From: Oculina patagonica
Lineage: Eukaryota
Assembly (NCBI RefSeq): GCF_052425735.1
Contig: NC_135768.1
Location: forward strand, 6,820,001-6,884,000
DNA: 64,000 bases
Direction of reading: 5' to 3'
Shown here: positions 57,436 through 64,000 of the stretch, piece by piece
Numbering within the stretch: the first letter of the stretch is position 1
Layout: every line of letters begins with the position of its first letter
The notes under the pieces: model-generated
Database searches by the model: none
What the model saw: only the letters and a program-made list of their open reading frames with translations
What the model was told of the DNA's origin: nothing
Made by a program: the position numbers and the translations under genes

Positions 57436-57853
57436 AGGAAAAAAGACCAGAAATTGAACTCCTCCAAGATACTCTGCCTTATTTATAATTCTTCTGCCAG
57501 TCGCCTTTCGCTCCTTTTGTTCTTCATGCTTCATGAATAGTTTCAAAAAATTCTTGGACACGTCTTCATTTCATTTCACTGACAAGCCATGACCCAAGCG
57601 CAATAACCATGTAAGTCACTCGTTTCTCATACTATTTGTTTCAATTGTAGATTATTTTACAACAAAATCCATATTACCTAGAAGTTATCTTTTTACAATG
57701 TTATGCTCTCATGAACAATTGCTCGCTCCATCACTGCTCTCAAGCAGTGATAGATAAAATGAACCTTAGAATTCTCGATAACGTTACACACAATTATGTA
57801 CATATTTTCTTCGAGTTGGGTATAATGGTCCCCGTCTCCTAAGGTAATCAAAA

Positions 57854-58789
57854 CTAGAGGTGACTTTGTTGCACTACATATTTTTCGTAAAAGTTCACGG
57901 GTAGCTCTTCTTCAAATTCTACCTGCAGCTTTTCCTTTATCACTCGCCTTCCATGGTTTGTCAAGCTTTTGTCGTGAAAAGAATGGAAAATAAAATCGCC
58001 TTTGATAACTTCACAGGCTCTCTTCAATTGATGCAAAAGATGAGCTTCATACAGGACTGGATCACTGGTGTAAACAGTCACAGACCAATGTACTATTTTC
58101 ACTCTGGGAGACAATACACCAAAACGTACTGATCTAGGTAAAGCACCATCGATACATTTCTCGACAGCGAAGTACACATCGTTTTCCGCCGTCAAGAAAT
58201 CGATGTTCGATCGTATAGGCTCAATAGGGATTAATTCCACGATAATGAAGTTATCTGGAAACAGTTTTTGTGCTACAGGTGGAGAAAGGACAGTGTCACA
58301 CAGGTACTCCTTAGTGCATGCATTGATCTGAACGGAATTATTTATGACGTGGAACTGACACGAGCGTAAAGTCCCCTTCAATACGGGAAAGCTCAAAACA
58401 TCTTGGTGTGCAATTTTTCTTAGCGATGGATCTGAAACTCTCTCCCTCGCTGCTAGCTTTCGGTAAACGTTTGGAAAATGTCTACGAATGACCTGATTCT
58501 TTATCGCTTGCCGCATTCCTTTTATTACACCTTGGCCACGAAACTCCTTCAAAGTGCGTCCTGCTCGCCCAAGCCATGTCCTTCCATCGTCGACAACAGT
58601 ACATACAGCCAAACCAACAAGTTTCTCTCCATAATAAGCGAGCATAACAGCAACATTTTTCATCTTCATCCACGTATGGTACCTAAATGGAAGATAGTCG
58701 TGTCCATCGTAAATTCCTTCTGACAATTTCAGGATCTCGTCGAAGTCATTCGGCCTAGCGAGGCGGAAAGTCAGCTCTAGGTTCATCAT
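57854..58789 (-). CDS. HISAT/NAT16-like GNAT, intact, C-terminal SHL (inverted duplicate of 42789 copy)
   Basis: 311 aa; flanks also match ~42600-42790 and ~44000-44110/52671-52960. Confidence 0.85.
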   Translation of the reverse strand: MMNLELTFRLARPNDFDEILKLSEGIYDGHDYLPFRYHTWMKMKNVAVMLAYYGEKLVGLAVCTVVDDGRTWLGRAGRTLKEFRGQGVIKGMRQAIKNQVIRRHFPNVYRKLAARERVSDPSLRKIAHQDVLSFPVLKGTLRSCQFHVINNSVQINACTKEYLCDTVLSPPVAQKLFPDNFIIVELIPIEPIRSNIDFLTAENDVYFAVEKCIDGALPRSVRFGVLSPRVKIVHWSVTVYTSDPVLYEAHLLHQLKRACEVIKGDFIFHSFHDKSLTNHGRRVIKEKLQVEFEEELPVNFYEKYVVQQSHL

Positions 58790-59084
58790 GGACTCGCCTG
58801 CCGAATCACCGATCGATACACCTTCTTTGTCTTAAAGATACTAGCATCTTCTTGAGTAACACTGATCAAATTAGAGAGTGTGATTTTTAACATTTTGGTT
58901 AAAAGGTTAAATAATATATGATCGGAACTTCCGTAATAGATAGCTTAGCAATGGGTGTGTTCAGATAAGCTCTGAATGCCTATTATGTATTGAGTGGTTC
59001 ATATTTTGTGACTCCTTGTAAGCGACAACATCAATGCATTTACCGCCGCGTGACGAATGACGTAACTCTACCGGGCGGACAATA

Positions 59085-59580
59085 CAGTCGAAGCTCTCTT
59101 AACGGACACTCTCGTAAGCGGACAGCTCTACTTACGGCCGCCTTGTTTGAAACCCCGTTTTAACTCCCATACAAACTCTGTATTTTTACATTCTCGTAAG
59201 CGGACATTCCTGTAAGCGGCCGCGGACACTTTCAGAGATTACGACCTTGACTTTTTCTTTGTTTTTTAAGCTCCCGTAAACGGACACCCCAAAGAAAATC
59301 CTATTAACAACCTCTGTATTTTGTTTTTATCAATCAACTTCACATCACTGTTCGTCACAATGATTTAACAGTAATTACAGTAGTGTACCATATTTCAGTG
59401 CTTGTTTTGTCGTCATCTACCTCCGTCTGGCTATTGTTAGCTGGCAAGCTCCCGTAAGCGGCCATCTATCCCCTACACCTCTAGTGGCCGCTTACGAGAA
59501 CCATTCTCGTAAGCGGCCAGCTCCAGTTACGGACACTTATTTCGCGTCCCGAGGGTGTCCGCTTACGAGAGCTTCGACTG
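59085..59580. mobile_element. Tc1/mariner (pogo-like) MITE
   Basis: TA|cagtcgaagctctc..ggacac ... gtgtccgcttacgagagcttcgactg|TA, with internal taagcgg repeats. Confidence 0.85.
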
Positions 59581-60277
59581 TATCTTGTCACACCAGTACA
59601 CACGAAATTCATCAAAGCGTAGTTTTCTTCGCAGACGTTCTTTGCGCTCGTCACGCGTTTCGTGACTAGCCCAAAAAACGTCTGCCTAGGAGGCTAATCT
59701 AAAGTTGAATCAAATCAACGCAAATTTTTGTTTCTACCTTCTTAATGCAGAAAGCGCGCCAAATTATGATCAAATTGCTGTGCATCATGATTCGGACTGC
59801 GGCTACAGAACAGTTGCTCTGGCCTTTACCGATCTTTCCTTTCATTTGGATTATCTTGGCGAGGGCTCTTTTCCCAAATTACGGAAATATTCGGTCGAAA
59901 ACCGCTTGAATTCGTATTCATGGCTAGACAGTTATAATGTGAAGCGCACAATTTTTTAAGGATCACTGAACTGATTGACACTTTTGGCACAAGAAAAACA
60001 AATTTTGTTTGTTGTTCGTAAAAAGTCCTGCGTTGAGGCAGGACGACGGCTCCTTTGAAGATTTGTCTCCGTGGACAAGTTTTTGTCTTCGTTGGGACAA
60101 GTAGGTCGCACTTGGCGTGGTCAACTGATGACAGGAATCTGACAGTTTTATTGGTTATCAAAATAAACTTGTCCCGATTTTGTCCCAAGTGCGACCCGGG
60201 CCTAAGCGAGGGTTGTTTTGATGAAAAAAGGAACTCTAGCGAAAAAGGAAATTGAAAAGTCGAGACGAGAAAATTGA

Positions 60278-61219
60278 ATGATGAACCTGGAGCTTACAAT
60301 TCGCCTCGCTAGGCCTAGTGACTTTGACGAGATCCTGAAATTGTCAGAAGGGATCTACGATGGACACGACTATCTTCCATTTAGATACCATGCGTGGATG
60401 AAGATGGACAAGATGGATGTTATGCTTGCTTATTTTGGCGAGAAACTCGTGGGTTTGGCTGCCTGTTCTATTGTCGACGACGGAAGAACAGTAATCCGTC
60501 GAGCAGGGCGTATTTTACCGGAGTTTCGCGGTCGAGGTGTTTCTAGGAGCCTACTGAAAGCCATGTATGAGATGATACGTAGACGCTACCCGAAAGCAAA
60601 TCGAGAGCGATTCACAACACGACTAGGGAATTATCGTGCGACGAAACTTGTGCAGTTGGATATTCTACGATGTTATGTTGAAAAGAAGACTTTTAACTCG
60701 TATCGGTTTTCTGCAATTAACAATTCCATTCAGATTGAAGCTTGCACTAAAGAATATCTATGCGATGTCATTTTCTCTCGGCCTGTGGCGCAGACGTAAT
60801 TCCCAGACAATGTCATCATCTTGGATTTTTTCCCAATTGAGCCCCTAGGGTCAAATATCGATCACATGCAGCAAGAACACGATTTGTACTTTGCTGTCGA
60901 GAAATGTAGCAATGATGATTTCCCAAGATCGGTCAGCTTTGGTGTATTGTCGCCGAGAGTAACAACTGTGTATTGGAATGCCACTATTTACACCAGTGAT
61001 CCAGTCCTGTATGAAGCTCATCTTTTGCATCAATTCAAGCGAGCCTGCGAGGTTATCAAAGACGATTTTATTTTCGGTTGTTATCACGACAAAAGCTTGA
61101 CGAGCTACGGAAGAAGAGTGCTGGAGGAACAACTGCTATTGGAAGTAGATGAAAATCTGTCTAAACCAGCAGCAAAACTGTACGAAAGCAAGAAGTTTCT
61201 TCAGCAAAGTCATCTTTAA
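60278..61219 (+). pseudogene. HISAT/NAT16-like GNAT with nonsense codon
   Basis: TAA at 60797-60799 where copy 1 has TTG; frame continues to QQSHL. Confidence 0.85.
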
Positions 61220-62888
61220 ATGTAAACAGGAACCGATGAGGGGTCAAAAGTGTACTGCACGTTCACGGCAGCGGCTTTTGAATAATTGTTCAGTTTTGAT
61301 AAGTATATGACTTATATTTGAACTTACGAAGGGTTTGTACGCGAAATGCTTTATGGCGCAACAACACTTGTCTTTCGCTTTTGCGGTGAGTTACTTGAAT
61401 TCCGACCTTATAACACTGCAAATTTCTTTGAAAAAAAAATGAAAAAAAAAAATATTGTGTATCGAAGTAAAGTTGTCCGATGTAAAGAAGGTCGATAAAA
61501 CGGAAGAGTTTAACCAAATTCAATTTATATTGAACCCACTGCGCTTGCTACACGTTGTTAATTGAAAACAGTGACTGCTTTAATGCAGACCCGTGGGGAG
61601 GGGAGGGGGCGTTTGCGTTCGCCTCCCCCCCCCACCCCCAACTCCACGAGCGTGGAAGTCCACCTAATCAGTGCCAACGCAATGAGGGCTTTGAAACAAT
61701 ACGCTGTGCATGTTTACACATATCGTTTTCGTTGACAAATACAGCATCAATCAATCGAAGGTCCGCCATATGTAGTTTTGTTTTGTGATACATTTTGGAC
61801 TTTTACAATAACGATTTGACGTAAAATTATTACAGTAAAGTTACCTTTATGTGTCTGCCTTCCATTTCTATGCTGTATAAATTGTAAGTGACGATAAGAT
61901 TTTTTCATGGCTACTGTAAAAAATCTTAATAAAATAATGAATTATATGTATTAAAGTTTCTTTTTTTAAAAAAATAAAAACGTTTGCAGAAATATGCATA
62001 ATTATAAATAAATTACTTTCTTTTGGCAACCTGTTTTCCAATCAAACTGGCTTCAACGGCGCACGCAATGCTGTCTACATTATAACATAGCTTGAAGAGC
62101 AAGCCGCGCAATTACATTCAGTTTGCGTAAGCGTGCACCATAATCCAATAGTGCACGTTTATTGCGTGAGCAAATCACTTCGCTAGAATTTTTTTCTCCG
62201 GCGAGTGGCCCGAGTTTGAGCGGGGAATAACCATTTTAAAAAACAATTGGTTCATGCTTTTCGCTGTGCACTACTATCCAGTTAAGAAGAAGCTAGAGTT
62301 GCTCTCGGCTATTGCCTCGAGCAACTCTTAAGCGCTTCTTTCTGTTCGTGCCCTGTTAACTTCCCGCGTGCACCATAACATATCAATAGTGCACGCTAAT
62401 GCATGAACTAATTGTTAACTGGAAACATTTTGTGAAAATGTCAATACAATAGTAGAGCTGTATGTTTCCCATTTTGTGCTTATGGAATTAGCATTATTTC
62501 ATTATGCCACAGTTACTACAAACAAGTAAGTTCGTATTATTGAGATTACAGTAATGAAAAATATATGAGTAAGTTTGTGCAATTAAAATCAAGGCGCACT
62601 AAAGCGCATCATCCGGCTTCCACACCTCTTTACACTGCGGAGAATCCGACATACCCGTACCCCTGCGTTTGCGAGGTATCTCGTCTTTTGATACCCTTCC
62701 TACTTTCAATTTGATAGCGCAACTACACGGCAAAAAACTACACGCCACGAGTGTGACGAATAACGTCACCGGCTTGACATAACATTATTGACCTATTATT
62801 CCGGGGTTATTATAACACGCGAAATCCAGCGAAAAAGTTGTATAGATGAGCATAAGAACTTGAAAAATCGGGAAGCTTGAATTAAGTG

Positions 62889-63818
62889 ATGAACATAGAG
62901 CTTACTTTTCGCCTTGCTACACCGAGTGACTTCGACGAAATCCTGAAATTGTCAGAAGGAATCTACGATGGACTCGATTATCTTCCATTTAGATATCATA
63001 AGTGGATGAACATGGATAATTTAGCTGTTATGCTTGCTTATTGTGGCGAGAAACTCGTGGGTTTGATTGCGTGTTCCATTGTTGATCAAGGAAGAACAGC
63101 ACTCAGTCGAGCAGCACGTACTTTGGCAGAGTTTCGCGGACGAGGTGTTTATAAACAGCTATCACAAGCAATGAATGATTTCATACGAAAGCAATACCCA
63201 AGTGTATGCCGAGAACGATTCGCCGTCACGGGTCTGAAGAGTTTACCTGCGGAAACGAAATTTGTTCAGTTGGAAATGTTGAAATGTTACGCTAAAAAGA
63301 AGACATTTCTCTCCCGTCACTTTTCTACAACAAATAATTCCATTCAGATTGAAGCTTGCACTAAAGAATACCTATGCGATGTTATTTTCTCTAGCCCTGT
63401 GGCACAGAAATTGTTTTCAGACAGTTTTATCCTTCTGGAACTATTTCCTGTCGAACCTGTTCGATCAAATATCGATTACTTGCAGCAAGAAATCGACTTG
63501 TATTTCGCTGTCGAGAAATGTAGCAATGGTGCTTTTCCTCGATCGGTCAGCTTCGGTGTATTGTCGCCAAGAGTTAAATGTACGATTTGGTCTGTGTCTG
63601 TTTACACCAGTGATCCAGTTCTGTACGAAGCTCACCTTTTGTATCAATTGAAGCGAGCCTGTGAAGTTATCAAGGGTGATTTTATTTTGTACTTGTTTCA
63701 AGACGATTGTTTGAAAAACTACGGGAAGAGAGTGCTGGAAGAATTGTTACGAGTGGAATTAGATGAAGAGTTGTCCAAAATGTCAGTGAAAGTCTATGAA
63801 AACAATTTTCTTCCGTAA
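62889..63818 (+). CDS. HISAT/NAT16-like GNAT, intact, lacks SHL tail
   Basis: Closest to copy 2; ends NNFLP*. Confidence 0.85.
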   Translation: MNIELTFRLATPSDFDEILKLSEGIYDGLDYLPFRYHKWMNMDNLAVMLAYCGEKLVGLIACSIVDQGRTALSRAARTLAEFRGRGVYKQLSQAMNDFIRKQYPSVCRERFAVTGLKSLPAETKFVQLEMLKCYAKKKTFLSRHFSTTNNSIQIEACTKEYLCDVIFSSPVAQKLFSDSFILLELFPVEPVRSNIDYLQQEIDLYFAVEKCSNGAFPRSVSFGVLSPRVKCTIWSVSVYTSDPVLYEAHLLYQLKRACEVIKGDFILYLFQDDCLKNYGKRVLEELLRVELDEELSKMSVKVYENNFLP

Positions 63819-64000
63819 TGTCAACTTTTAAGACGGAACTGTATTTTACTTTTTTGTTGATATTTTTTATTGTGACTGCGTGACAGCTTTCACGAGGTCG
63901 TGTCAAAAATTGTTGCTAGAATTTTACAGCAGTATGGCGGCCTACGCGTGCCATAGTGAAATTAGACATTATTTCTCGTTCTTTTTGCATTTTTTAACTT

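Overview
Animal genomic DNA, probably cnidarian/stony coral (inferred from the repeat families present, not proven). The host background is a tandem/inverted array of intronless histidine-N-acetyltransferase/NAT16-like GNAT genes (8 near-full copies, 2 with nonsense codons, plus a relic) and a class I SAM methyltransferase. The window is dominated by nested mobile DNA: a Harbinger-type MITE (4506-40625) contains a deleted hAT element (4625-40299), which contains a complete Polinton/Maverick endogenous virus (5007-39769; AGTAGT...ACTACT ends, 6-bp TSD ATTACA; ~18.6 kb once inserts are removed). The Polinton carries four later insertions: a Nin-SINE, a two-gene IS630/Tc1-like transposon and two young BEL/Pao LTR retrotransposons. 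Removing each restores the interrupted frame (integrase, PLA2, major capsid, fibre). Beyond the usual core, this Polinton encodes an eRF3-type translational GTPase lacking domain II, a poxvirus VLTF3-like late transcription factor, and a virion-block protein with a WASP/baculovirus P78/83-like proline-rich + WH2-central-acidic module. A TCTA motif resembling the mavirus/CroV late promoter lies 11-25 nt upstream of almost every virion gene, and integrase appears to need a -1 frameshift. Together these suggest a virophage-like, giant-virus-linked animal Polinton with possible actin-based motility (hypothesis). The right part holds a complete Kolobok transposon (TTAA TSD, 207-bp TIRs, KolX plus THAP-transposase), several MITEs and Penelope remnants with a hammerhead ribozyme.
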